Part shown: positions 28,251-42,055 of the stretch, piece by piece | Numbering within the stretch: the stretch's first letter is position 1 | Layout of the letters: every line of letters begins with the position of its first letter | NCBI GenBank assembly: GCA_013239625.1 | Contig: MU053629.1 | Location: 2,755,567-2,819,566, forward strand | Reading direction: 5' to 3' | DNA: 64,000 nucleotides | Source of the DNA: Lama guanicoe | Taxonomy: Eukaryota | The notes under the pieces: generated by a model | Seen by the model: the letters and a program-made list of their open reading frames with translations, nothing else | Told to the model about the DNA's origin: nothing | The model's database searches: none | Program-made: the position numbers and the translations under genes

Positions 28251-30007
28251 TGGTGGTCTGCCCCCCTCCTCCATTTCCCTCTCCATTTAGGTGGTCTGGT
28301 CACCATCTGCCCACCCAAGCCCCTGGGGCCTCTTGCTAGTCCCCCCCTCACATTCCAATGGCCTTGGGGGCAGCAGCCAGACCAGAAAGTCCAGTTCCTG
28401 CCCATTATCACCGTTCGCATCTGCACTGCAACCCAACACCGGCATTCCAGAGAGCAGCCTGGGGCTGCCCCCACCACCCACCGTGGTCAGTGTCCGGCTC
28501 GGAGACAGGCCCCTAGCAGGGGCCAGTGTTCTCAGATTCCTCTCAGGGAAGGTGTGCCCCCAGGGAGGCTCCAACTTGCTGGGGAGGCCACAGCCCCCTT
28601 CCTTTGGGGTCTCTGAACCTCGTCCTCTCAGATTCTCCTCTTCCTATCTCTTTGTTCTGTGCAGAGGCCTGAGCTCACCTCCTTCTGCTCCTGAAACAGA
28701 GACACCACCCTCCAAGCACAGCAGAGGATGGTGGACACAGGACTCGCTACACCTGGAGAAAGAGGCGGGAGGAAGGACAGAACAGCGAAGAGTGCTGGAG
28801 AAAGGAAGACAGCAGGGCAGGGGAAACGAGAGCTGAGGGCCTCACAGGAAAGCAGGGAGGGGCAGAGCATATGTGGGGGTGTCAAAGAGTGATGAGCCTC
28901 CAGACTAAGATCCTGAGAAAAGATAGAGAGGCTGGGTGGGAGAAGCTGGGACGTGAGCCCTCAGCATCAACTCTACTTCCCTCTGCCTCAATCAGGTGGC
29001 CGGCTGGCCTGGATTAAGCCCACACTCCCCACCTCCTCCATCTCCCTGTGGCCTGGGGTCTGGCCTGGAGCTCCTCCTGCTCGTCCCTTGCTGGGCCTCC
29101 TTGCTGGGCCCCTGCCTTTCCACCTTCCTGGGTCACAACAGCACCTGCCCAGGCACCCCTCTTTAGGAAGCCCCTGAGACTGCTCCATCCACAGAGGTCA
29201 CTCTCTCTTCTGCCCCTCCCTTGCATCTGAGGGCAGTTATAAAGTGTCAGCATTTCTTGGAACAGGGTGAACAAAGTTGGGGGCTAGAGAAGCGAGCTCA
29301 GAAATCAAAGAGTGGTCCTTTGGTGGGGCTGGGGGCAGGGGGGTGGGGGAGCTGTGGAGGAAGGATGGAGCAGCCCTGCCAGCAGTCTCAGATTGCAGCC
29401 AGATTGCTGGCACCCGCCTAGTGAATAAGAAAACTATGGCCTAGACCCTCAGAGGTACTAAGGCCAGACCCACATGCCCATCATGTAAGTCCCACCCTCT
29501 ACCAGTGACCTCGCTCACTTGCCTCCTCCCTCACTTCAGCTGGCTGAGTAATAGTCCCTTGCAGGACCTAATGAAATTATCTCCCACCCGCTCTTGCCCT
29601 GCACCAGTTCTGTCCACTCTAGATCCCTAGCCTGGCCACACTGCTCAAGGGAAGAGGGATTCCCCACGGGGAAGTCATGTGGAGGGAGCTGGCCCCCAAT
29701 CCTGAGCCCTGAGCACATCCTTCAGCACACACCTGTATGCTCAGGTGCCCGCAGAAGAGGCCCACGTGGCAACATCCACACGCACTACTGATCTCCACGT
29801 TCCTTGTTGCAACATGGCCACGGCCGGAGAATTTTAGGGAGCCATCGGTTAGTTACACAGGCAGACATTTTTGGAATCACTCGGTCCAGCTTAAACAAAG
29901 ACAGCGGTGAGCTGTTTGGTTTCCCATCCGGGGTGCCTTTCTGTTCCATTCTACGTTTATTGAAGGCTGTGTAGAAGAGCCTTCAAGCTGCTGTGAAAAG
30001 TCTTTCT

Positions 30008-30008
<1 letters not shown>

Positions 30009-30046
<38 letters not shown>
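30009..30046. repeat. (AC)n microsatellite
   Basis: Seen directly. Confidence 0.95.
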
Positions 30047-30048
<2 letters not shown>

Positions 30049-33000
30049 CTGCAGGGACTCTGGAGAGGAGAGGGAAAGGCAGTACAGAAGGCCAGAAGTG
30101 AAAAAGTCCTTTCTCCCTGGGGGTGGGGAGGGACTAGGGGGCTGAGGGGGGCCGGGGGCCTGTTTCATTTGCAGGCTGCAAATGCCTCTCCTATTCACCG
30201 GCCCACATTCCCAGCCAAGGCGCCCGGCCACGGACAATGCCCGGGAACAGGAACAGAGAAGATTTGCACATTGTGTTCAAGGGGCCAGCTGGCTGCCTGC
30301 GACAGTGGAGCCAAGGTGTGGGAACCAGAAGCATTCGGCTTCCACACTCAAGTCCTGCTGCTGGGGTGAGGGGCAGTCCTCCCCACCCCCACCCCCCCAG
30401 GCTGGGACATGGGCTTCATCCAACCAGGGAATAAAGCCCAAGGCAAGAGACCCCAAGCCAGGCATGCGGACTACCAAGCAATTTGGTCTCTGATTCACAC
30501 CCCATCTGGCGAGGAAGAGAGAGTCTCAGCTCCTCCAGAGATAAACACGCAGCAGCCACCCCGTGGTCCTGCCTGTGTGTGTTATATTCCCCTGCCGCTC
30601 CTCCCCGTTCACAAGCTTCTGTCCCTTTGCACTATGCTGTCAATTATGAGGCAGGGAGGGAGGGAGAGAGAGAGAAAGCAAAAGAGATGCAGAGAGAGAA
30701 GGGAGAGACAGAGCCTTGCAATGCGAAGGCCACATGCTCATTCAGTTTCATTCAGTTTTTTACCAAGCTCCAAGGGCAGGGGATGTGAGAAATCCAAAAG
30801 AAAGGAAAGCCCTTTAGGAGCTTAAAGTCTAGTTGAGGAGACAGATGGAATATCCAGCCACAAAACAGCTACTTAACAAGGCAAGCAGCCGTCACTGAGA
30901 AGGTTGAGCCTGAATGCCACAGACCACAAGTCCTCCCCACCTTAGAAGGGGGAAGAAGGAATTACTGTAAACTAAGTGGTCTTTGGGGAGTGATCGGGTA
31001 AGGGATGAGCAGGGGCAGGAATAGACTAGGGAAAGGCCCAACGAAGGCAGGCGTATCCCAAGGACTGACTGGATGGCAAGGAAGCCTTAAGACCGCAGAG
31101 CAGAGGTGAATCTCGCTCCAGTATTACAATGAGAAAAGCAAAGCCCAGAGAGGGTGAGTGACTTGCCCAGAGCCACACAGGACTCTTGGCATCCAGACAA
31201 GAGCCTTTCCATCATAACCTCACAACTTCTCAGGAGCGTCAGAAGCGGCTGGTCTGTGGAGTACTGACTGGCAGGTAGAAGGCCTTGACCCTCATGGGTT
31301 TGCACCTACCTCCGTGCCATGGCATACTCACTGGTGAGCTGCCTGGCAGGAGGGCAGGCCTGGCCGTTCACCCACCACACCAGTGATACCTCAGCGGCAG
31401 TGCCTGCTTCCTGCCCTGACCGGTAGGCAGACGTGTGTGAGGGGCAGAGGGGAGACCTCCTCAGGGTGACATCAGGGAGAATAGAAGAGCTTGGATTCCA
31501 CCCATCAGGCCACCAGGTGACAAAGGCCTCCAGGAGTACCAGCCACTGCACAAGCTACTGCTCTACGCTGAGGCCCTCCGGGGTCCCCTGGATATACTGA
31601 ACCCCCCACACAAGCTGTGCCCCCCAGCAGCTCCAGTCCACAGTTCACCCAAACCCCCACCCAGACCTGGTTCCACAGACCTGCCCCCAGACCCACACAA
31701 GCATGGATCTCACTGCTGAAAGAGATTCCAGCGTAGCGGGTTAAACTGCCCTCCCTCAGGCAGGTTGAGAGTGATTCCGACTTTAGGAGTGGGTGACTGA
31801 GGGCCTGAGAAGTAGGTGACTTAGTGAGGGGAGACAGCTGGGGACCAGAACTGGACTTTCTCTTTCCAGGAGCCTTCCTGGAACTATTGTATCTAAAGGA
31901 GATGAGAACTTCCCATTTCTTACCTCCATCACCTCCCCTCCTCAGAACAGTAATAGTATTTAAGGAACACTTTCTACGTGCGCTGCACTGTGCTAAATTC
32001 TTCCCCCATGTTATCGTTGGTAATCCTCACAGCATTCCTCCTTGAGAAGTATTATTTCCCCCAATTTAAAGACGAGGAAACAGAGACTCAGAGAGGCTCA
32101 AGTCCATCCAGCTGGAGGTTGTTTTGCCTCCACAGCCCACCTTCATGACCATCATTGGGCCAGCCTAGTCAGGATGGCCCCAGGCTGGGAGGGAGGCAAT
32201 CCTGGTTCTTTGAGAACCCAGCCAGCATTGGGACAGGCTGGACCTCGTCCTAAATTAGCGGTCAACACCTAGCACTAACAGTAATATATAAACGAGCATT
32301 TCCTAGATGCCAAGTCCTGTGTCAGATGCTTTATGTCCAACATTTAATCCTCCAACAACCCCAACAGGCTGGTGGGATTATGCTCATGGTTTTTTTCAGA
32401 TGAGAGCACAAAGGCTCAAGAGAGTTCAAAGTGCCTCGTGAGTGGCAGAGCTGGGGTTCAAGCTCCCTTAGGTCCCCTCCACGGCCTTCACAATGCTGCC
32501 CCCAGACCCCTACACCAGGAATTATGACACGGGAGGGGCTCTCCTCTCGCACCTGCGCACCAGTGCCACGGGCATCACCTGGGATCCTGTTAGACCTGCA
32601 GGACCCCAGGACTTGGCCTAGACCTACTGATTCAAAATCTGATTGTTATCAAGGTCCCCAGGGAATTCACGGCCACAGGGAAGTTTGAGAAGTCCTGCTC
32701 TAGACCCTCTTGCTCTGTACTCCAGTTTCCCAAGGGGCCTGAGACCAAGAACTAGGCCAGGAAGGGAGGGGCAGGAACTGAGGGCACCTGCCTGCTGGGA
32801 TCTGGGGTGGCTCCCCCCTTAGTTATCCACCCTCTTTGGAGTCATCCAGGCACACAGAGCTCAACACGTGTGAGTCAACGCATGTTCCCACTGGATCCCA
32901 CGTGCCCTTCCTGGAGCCCCTCAGGAGGGACAGCAGGGGGTCTCAATAGGCCAGCCGAGCTTCAGCCGATGCCCAGAGGCTGGGGAGAATCCCCAGGCCC

Positions 33001-34644
33001 TCCCAGGAAGGGGTTAAAACAGAACAAGTCACACACTGGCTCCAATAATCCTACTCCCCGAGAGATTTCCCTGGGGTACATCCTAACTGAATCCCAGTGA
33101 GGCGAGAGCTGGGGGCTGGGAGTGCTTTCAGGCAGTCTGCTTGTCAGTGGACTCACCTTTAAAGGAAGAAAAAAGCCTTGGCTACACTACTGAGCACCTC
33201 CTATGTGCCAGGCAAAGCACGGGCTCTGACAGTCCTTACAACCGTTCCACAAAGTAGGATTCTGTGCACATTTCACAGGTGAGGAAACTGGGCCACGGAC
33301 AGGTTAACTTGTCCAGGATCTCATCCTTAACAAGCATCTGAATTTCCAGCCCCCAAACTATAAACACATGGAACAGCCAGGCAGAGGAACCAGATGTGCT
33401 GGAAGCATGAGTGCCGTTAGGACCCTGAGCCACTCCATCCTAAAAGGGAGGTACATAGAGCTGAAGCCCCCAAGGAATCAGCCTGGAGTTTAGCCCATTC
33501 TGGTCAGGTCATCTTTCAGTGACGGCACCCAAGCCCACCTGGGACGGAAGAGGGGGCATTCCCAGCCATCGGCCTCTGGCCCGGAGCTCAGAGGCCCCAG
33601 CAGACCTGCCCACACACACCTAGACCCCTATCTGCCTCACTGGGTTAGTCCACTGGGTGGACTGTGTGTCTGTGAGGGGCGCTTAGCATGCCCCCGCCCT
33701 CAGCCGATGCCCAGGGGCGTGGGAGCAGGCAGGAGGAGCAGGGGCTCTGGAGGTCTCCCCACACCTTTTCACAAGGCGCCCTCCCGTGTCACACAACATC
33801 TGCCCTGCCTGCGGGCACACGGGCAGGGACTTATTACTAAAGGAGAAAACCCAGGCCGCTAATCAGCTTTGGAGGTTTCTAGGGACATCAGCCTGTGAAG
33901 TGAGAAAAGGGGATCCAGCTACCTGCTTGCTTGGTATCCAAGCGTTCCCCCACGGGGCCCCAAGCCTTGTAGGGGAGAGAGGCTGTATCAGACTGCCAGT
34001 GTTTGCAGGCAACTCCCCCAGTTTTCCCCAGGACCCCAAAGGATTAACCAAGCTGACCTCACCCTCTGGCCCTTCCCCAAGCCAGAGCCCACAGCTCAAT
34101 TTCTTATACTGTGAGGAGTTTAAGGAAACCAAACATCTTGAAGGTATTACCATTTATAGAAAAGCACATTTACAATTAGCTATATATAAACACCTGGGGA
34201 TTTATCTCCCAGAATCCCAGGCTGGTGACGTGAGGGGAGCATCCATCCCTCGGTGCTGACACAGGCCAGGGAGGGTTTGGAGGCTCCCTGAGAAGTCTCA
34301 TTTCTCCCTTCCAAAAATCTTCCTCGGGTCCCTACCCTCCGTCCATGCTTCTCTTTCTCACATCCAGCCATCTGCTCAGAGGCTGCACCAGCCTTCCCTA
34401 CGCTGCCGGGAGGGCCGGGGGATGAGGGGTTGCTGAGCCAGAAGTGATTCGGTCTCAAGGTCCAGGGCTGCCACCCGGAGAGCTCCATATGGGGGCCCAG
34501 ATCAGCCTTCCTTAGAACAAAGGAGCATCTTAAACTCAACGAGAGCGCTCCTGCCTCAGAACGATTCATCACTCACCAGCCGTTCAGAGCAACTGTGCAA
34601 ATGCCCTCAGAGCCAGGAAGAAACTTGTCAGCGATCAGACGGGG

Positions 34645-34885
34645 AGGAGGCAGTGTGTCATAGGAGTTAGGCATGAAGGTGCAGGGTCAGGATACTCAGA
34701 CTGCTGTCCTGGCTCCTCTGCTCCCCAGAATGTCATGAATCCCCCTTAGTCTCAGTTTTCTTATCTGTAAAAGGGGGTTGATAACTGCCCATGTCCCAGT
34801 GGTATCATGATGACTGAATCAGATAATTCACGTAAAGCACTTCGGCAGGGTGCCCAGTATGCAGTAAGTGCTTAATAAATATTAG
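34645..34885 (+). mobile_element. MIR SINE
   Basis: CTCAGTTTTCTTATCTGTAAAA..CGTAAAGCACTT..AGTAAGTGCTTAATAAATATTAG. Confidence 0.7.
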
Positions 34886-35861
34886 CTAGAATCATTACCA
34901 ACCAAAGTTAAAGCAGCTTTTTTTAAAGGGACATCCCTCCACACACAGAGAAGTACAGAGATATTAGATGGAGAAATACTGTCCACTTGCCAAAACTTTG
35001 ATCTTTTCTCAGGAGCAGTGGTTCTCAACCATGACCTCCCTCCCTTACAGCCTGCCACCTCCCCAAGATACATACAGAATTTTGGTTTATGTAACAATTC
35101 CCACGAGTGTGCACAAATTAAGCAACAACAACATACTTTTTGCAGGACAGGGCAGCAAAGCACAGCCATCATTTCATCACCATAGTAACTGGTGGTCCAG
35201 CAGTACAAGCAAAGCAAAATTCTAAAGCTGAAACACCTCTCGTCTCTCATTCAAAAAAGCACACCAGGTATCAAGTCACCACAATGTATACTTTAAATAT
35301 CTTGCAATTTTATTGTCAATTATACCTCAGTGAAGCTGAAATTAAAAAGTACACCAGCATGAAGGTGAGTGGGAGTAATGTCTTCATTGTGTTAACCCTG
35401 AAATTATTCTATCATATTTTTCGTAAAGCAAACTGTTGACAAGCTTCAGAATGTCATCACTTGCACAGTGAGGTTTTGTTCTACCCAAAAGTTTTGAAAG
35501 TCAGTACGTAATTAAACATTGTGTGGAGCCAAAATTACTGTTTGAAATTCTCTTATATCACCCCCAAAGTATGACAGTCATTTATCTTTAAATTCAAGAA
35601 TCATTCTCAATAGACTGTGATGCTCACAATATACAGGCATATGGAAACTAAGACACACTGACCTAAGAGCTGGATAGAACTTGCTGTCTCTCTCTGGCTC
35701 CTGCTCCCCACAACAGTGTTTGGCTACATTCTTGTCAGATTGCATTCCAATCAGTTAAATGGGTATATGTTATAATTCCACCACAAATTACTGCTATGCC
35801 CCTCTCAAATGACCCATGCTCCAGAAGCTACATAAGATGGAATGGCTCCCTCTATCTCTCA

Positions 35862-36424
<563 letters not shown>

Positions 36425-37899
36425 ATTCTGTGATGTTAATTGGAATCTCTATTACTATAGAGAACTTTGTGCATTATGAAGTGTCATCTTATGCAGTATA
36501 CTTACTTAATCAGCAGACCATCTCAGAGAGATGGATATTATTTGTACCATCTTTTTTAAAACTTTGAGTCTTTTACAGGAACGGGAACTGAAGCCCGGAG
36601 ATGTTAAGCAACCTGTCCCAGGCCTCACAGTTAATAGTTGCAAACCTGGGATCCAAAAGCAAGACTGATTGCAATATAGCTGCTGCCACTTCTGTGGTCA
36701 TCCTGGTTAATCCCTGAAGCCTCACACTTTCAGGTAAAGTGACCTGAAGTAAAGTGACCTCACACTGACCTCAGGTAAAGTGTTCATCCTGTCCTGGCTT
36801 CCCGTTCCTCGTCTGCTTAAATCAGGAATAACAATATAGCTTGTGTTGTAAGGTTGTTAAATATGACTAACAGGCTCAAAGGAACTATGAAAAGTTAGAA
36901 GTTCTAAACAAATATAAAGTGAGATAGTAATAAATCATTACTTCTTTTATTCTGGCAAAACCACCTGAGGTCTGGTCTGATGCCTGGCAGGGAGCAGGGT
37001 GTGTGGGCCCAGTACCAGGCACAGGCGAGGCTGTGGTCCAGCTGCATTGCCCCACCCCTGAGATGCTCTGGGTCTGGTTGTTTTGCTAGTTTTGCCTTTG
37101 TTATAAGGTGGGTGAGGGATACCAAACATCAACTCAGATTTCCCAAAATTCAGAAGGAGGGAGGTTTCTAGAACCTTTACTCTCAGCAACCTCTTCACTC
37201 CTGCAGGGGGGGAAAAAAAAAAAGAACTGGAAGGGGAGGGGAAGAAGAGAAAGAAAAGGGTGATCTGGGAATCAGGAGAAGCCAGAGAGGAAGGACGAGC
37301 GCTCCAACCCCAGGCATGATGCCAAGTGCCCAACTTCTCCAACGAAGAACTTACCAGACCAGTTACAACTTCACTCCAGGAGGAACGAACCCACCTGGGC
37401 TGAAAAGGCAGCCTCAGACCTCTCCTCACATTTCCAGGGAACTAGCGATCCAGGAGCTGGCCCCTCCGCAACAGACCAGCTCCCTCCCTGGCTGTGGGGA
37501 AACCGGCCAGTGGGTGGGGAGAAAGGAGGAGGAGGGCTGGGGGTTAGGGGCGTTTCCCCTACCCTCCGGGATGTGTAATTCGTATTTTAAGCCATTTGCC
37601 GGTCACGCCTCTTCAAATCCCTACCCATCCTCCTCAAGAGCTGGATTTCAGCTGCCAACCCCGGTATAGCAACCAGGGGATAAAGTTTCTCCTAGATGTG
37701 GCCGCGATATTCTGCTTCTCCGGAGCTAAGAGGGGAGAGAATAATGCCCAGAGGAGTGTTCGCTGAGAACTTGGGGTGGGAGGGGGAAGGGACTAGGGTT
37801 GCACCCCTCTTCTGTGAGATGGGACCGTTACAGCAGCTGAGGGAACAGGGTGGTGGTGACGGAGCTCTGGGCAGCAAAGCAGGCAGACCCTGAGCTCCG

Positions 37900-39250
37900 C
37901 ATGTGCATCCTCCCCGGCAGGGCGGGCACGTGGGCATCCCCACCGCTGGTTCGCCCTTGGTCAGCTTCTCTTCCCTTTCCTCAGCTCGTGGGGTGTCTCT
38001 CGGGTCTCCCCCTCTTCATGTGCCGCCCACCGGGAATCTTCTCCCTTCTTATTCCTCGGTCTCTCCCTCGCACTCCCCGTCCCAGCCCCGGCTCCAAATC
38101 CCGGATATGCCCTCTCCGGCCAGCGCAGCCCACTCCGTCCCGGCCTCCGCCCCCGGGGTCTGCGTTCTCCTGCCTGGGCCACGTCCGGTCATTCTGTGCC
38201 CATCGCCGGGCTCCGCGCACCCCAGCTCGCCCCCTCGGACGGGGACTCAGCCCTGCGGTCTCTTCTGGCTCGTTCCCCCTCTCCCCAACTCCAGCCCGCC
38301 CGCCGAGCTCCTGTTTGCCGCGCGCCTTGCCCCTCGGTCGGGGCTTGGGTCCTCCCCTGAGTCCTGGAGCCGCAGCAGACTGAGTGCCAGTCTCTCCTGG
38401 AGGAGCTCTGTCCTCAGCATCCCCCTGCCGCCCCCGGCAGCTTGGCCTCGGTGCCCTCTCCCCGGGCTCCGCCCCGTCCCGCTCGGCTCCCCTTCTCGGG
38501 CAAGTCCCCCTGGCCAGGGGTCCGCCCGCAGGTCCGCGCCGCTCTCCCCGGGTCCGCCCTCGCGCCCGCGTACTCCCTTCTCGCCCTGCCCGGGGCGCGG
38601 TCCGCAGCCGCCGGGTCGCGAGCGCCCTGGCTCACCGTCGCTCGGCGGGGGCAGCAGCAGCAGCAGCGGCAGCAGCAGCGGCGGCAGGAGCCGGGGCCGG
38701 CGGCGCGGGGGCGCGGCGCGCGGAGCAGCCATGGGGCTCGCTGTCCGCTGGGCTCGGCGACGCGCGGCTCCGGGGCCTCTCGAGGCTCACAGCGTCCCGC
38801 GGGGCCGGCGCCGGGGCCGGGGCCGGGGCTCCGGCCGGGGCCGAGCCCGGGCGGCGGGAGGCTGGGGCCACATGCCTGCCTAGGAGCGCCGGGGGCGCAG
38901 GGGGAGCGCCGCTTGCGCCATCTTGCACCCACCCCGGCGATCTGTCAGCGGAGCCCGGGGCGCGGGCTCCGCAATCGCACCGCCCAACAAAAGAGCCGGC
39001 GAGCGCTTTAAGCGGCCGGACATTCCCGGCTGCGCGGCGGACGCGCCCCCTGCGCTTTGAACTGAGGCAGCAGCGGCCAGCGCCGTCCCGAGCTACAGCC
39101 CCGTATCTCCTCCCCGCGGGCCAGCCCCGGACTTGGGGGGCTGGGGCAGTGGAAACCCAGCGGACTGCGGAGTAGGTCCGGGCTGCGGAGAAACACGCAA
39201 AGCTGCGGGATTCGCTCTGACCCACTTTCTGCCGCGCCCTCCTCCACCGT
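37900..39250. promoter_or_regulatory. CpG island / IGDCC3 promoter and 5' UTR
   Basis: Very high GC and CpG density around exon 1; YY1-like CAAGATGGCG on the minus strand at ~38916-38925. Confidence 0.88.
38636..38732 (-). CDS. IGDCC3: IGDCC3 exon 1 (signal peptide)
   Basis: MAAPRAAPPRRRPRLLPPLLLPLLLLLPPPSD-G; donor G|gtgag; lies in a CpG island. Confidence 0.93.
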
Positions 39251-41132
39251 GTCCAAGTCAATGTTGTCGAGATAATTCTCTAAAAGCTGCACAAAGTTGT
39301 CAAAGATTCCGTTTCCCGTGGGTTTCTGGTCCTTCCACCCAAAGGCTAGGACGTTTAGTTGCAAGACTAGCCTCTCTAGACTGAAGAGTTCTGGCGCTTG
39401 GGTGGACAGGAGGCAGGAGGGGTGGGAAGGCAGCTTCCTCCGGAGCCCTGGGAGAGCAGACCCAATGGGACAATGAGAATGCTGAAGTAACCCGGGTTCC
39501 GACCCCGGTTCTGCCCACTGTTTAGCTCAGCAAACCCCGGCAGTCATCCTCTAGCTCATCTGAAAAATAAAGATAATCATATCTCTCCTACTCACTCATA
39601 GGAACATTTAAAGGACACAGGTCGTGATAAATAGCCTGGTAAAAGGAAAAACGCATTTAAAGTTAAAACTCCCAGTAGCATTTCTATGCCACAAAGAAGA
39701 CTCAGTGTTTCATGTCAGAGAGCACACACGGAGCCAACATCAGACTCAAAGAAGAATTGTAGAAGTAGGCATGCCTCTTAGGAGACACACACCCATGCTG
39801 GCCCTCAGGGGTCTTCAGTCTTGGCCATTCATGATCAAATGGTCTTCTCTTGAGTCCAGCTTGATGTGCTAGTCCATCAAAATTGCTGAGCATCTGCTAA
39901 GTTCTAGGAGCAGGAGCTTTAAAGAGGGTAGTCTCTGCCTCACTCAGCTATGTGCTCCTCTGGCGCTGGACTGGCATGGCAGAGGTGTAATTACACCTCT
40001 CTTTTGGTGCCAACTCTGGAATCTTGGGCCAGGAGCGTCAACTATATATAAGACTAACTTTGGTGCAGATGAGTAAAGAAAAGGCCTCCAGAAATCAGGT
40101 AAATTTACTAATGATGGAGTTTGTACAGCCCAAGAACTCCTTACTCTTAGTAGCAATTGGAAGATGAGCCTGAGAGTCAGGACTTGGGACGTACAAGCAA
40201 GCAGTGGGAAGCAATGGAGAAATCAGGGTTAGGGGGCACTCCAAGCCCCAGACCAATTTCATTACGAGGAGGGAATGATGGGCCTCTATGGCCGTCGGAA
40301 AGGGAGGGGAGGGGGCCCCTCCCTGGGCCCAAAGTCTTGGAACTCCCTCCCGCAGGGCTTGAATTCTCCATAACCACTTCTTGGCTTGTCCTAGACTCAG
40401 GAGAGGTCAAATTGGTGTCCTGAGTTGCTGTCATTTTAAATTCATTTGACAAGTGTTTAATTCTTCTTTATCACAACCCTTGGTCTGAGAGTGATATGCA
40501 AATAATGGCTATTCTGCTGCATGCAAAGTGTGCAGTATCTCTCCCTATGATCTGTCAATTAACTTGGGACTGGCTCACCAGCTATTTTGGGGGTGGTCCT
40601 GGGCAGGGCAGCCCCTGGCTCTTGGTTCCCTGCTGCAGAAAACCACGCCGGGTCCAGGCACTGTAAAGATCTTAGCAGAGCAGCTGCCCACAGTGATCCT
40701 GAGATCTGTGTGGGGTGTAAGTGTGTTTTGTGTGTGACTGTTGTGCTCAGGTTTGAGTTAATGGACTGGGGGTGTTTGTGAAGGTGAGTGCCCATGTGTG
40801 GGTTTCTGAGCTTGTAAGTACCACGCCCATATGTGTGAACATGCAGCCATGGGCAATTCTGAAGACCAGAGTTAAACAAAGAAGAGTTGTTGAGCCCAGA
40901 TCTGTGGAGTTGGTGGTTCACTCATCCCTTGCACCCAAGAAACTTAAAAGATGTGTGGCCGGATGGAAAAAAATCTCCAAAGAGCCTAAAAGAGTGCTAT
41001 CAAAGAACACATCTTTCCCAAGTTCAAGTCTTTTTCCTAAGTGCTTGTTGTGGGAGGGAGATTATTCAGTTATTTGGGGGGGGGGCCCTTGGGGGGTGTT
41101 TCCTATTCTAGGATTCTGAGTAACCTATTTTC

Positions 41133-41570
41133 TTTTTTTTTAGTTTTATTGAAGTATAGTTGATGTACAAAGGTATATAAGTTAAGGTGTACAATACAGT
41201 GAGCCATAATTTTTAAAGGTTATACTCCATTTATAGTTATTATAAAATATTGGCTAACTTCCCTGTGCTGTACAATATATCCTTATAGCTTTTTTTATAC
41301 ATAATAGTTTGTACCTCTTAATCCTCTTCCTCTATACTGCCCTCCAACCCCTCTCCCCGCTGGTAACCACTAATTTGTCCTATCTGTGAGTCTGTTTCTT
41401 TTTTGTTATATTAACTAGTTTGTCATATTTTTTAGATTCCACATATAAGTGGTACCATATAGTATTTGTCTTTGTCTGACTTATTTCACTTAGAATAACA
41501 CTCTCCCGAGTCCATCTCTGTTGTTGCAAATGGCAAGATTTCATTCTTGTTTATGGCTGAGTACTATTCC

Positions 41571-41620
<50 letters not shown>

Positions 41621-41902
41621 TGTGTACATACCACATCTTCTTCATCCATTCATCTGTTGATGGACACTTATGTTGCTTCTATATCTTAAATATTGTAAAT
41701 ATTGCTGCTATGAACATTGGGTTGCATGTATCTTTTCAAATTAGTATTTTTGGTTTTTCTGGATCTATACCCAGGAGTGGAATTGCTGAGTCATATGGTA
41801 GTTCTATTTTCAGTTTTTTGAGAAAGTTCTATATCGTTTTCCACAGTGGCTGCACCAATTGACATTCCCATCAACAGTGTATAAAGTTTCCCTTTTCTCC
41901 AG
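41133..41902 (-). mobile_element. L1 3' fragment between IGDCC4 and IGDCC3
   Basis: T-tail, TTTATTGAAGTATAGTTG..CCCAGGAGTGGAATTGCTGAGTCATATGG..CCACAGTGGCTGCACCAAT. Confidence 0.9.
41573..41619. repeat. (TG)n microsatellite within the L1 fragment
   Basis: Seen directly. Confidence 0.95.
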
Positions 41903-42049
41903 ATCTGGTTCAGTTCTTTCTTATAACCACCTGCTCTTTCCCTCTAAAACCAACATTTCCCACCCTGGTAGGAAATACATTTTCTAGGGTAGAAAGGCTG
42001 AGGAGATTCTAGTCATTTGGTTCCAAAAGAGAACATTTTTGGAAAATAG

Positions 42050-42055
42050 TTTATT
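42050..42055 (-). terminator. Candidate distal poly(A) signal of IGDCC4 (a proximal AATAAA is at 42441-42446)
   Basis: Plus-strand TTTATT equals minus-strand AATAAA. Confidence 0.55.

Noticed and set aside
37903..39261. Long ORFs over the IGDCC3 promoter (326, 263, 209 aa etc.)
   Set aside because: Low-complexity Pro/Arg/Gly/Ala translations expected from stop-poor CpG-island DNA; they overlap exon 1 in several frames.
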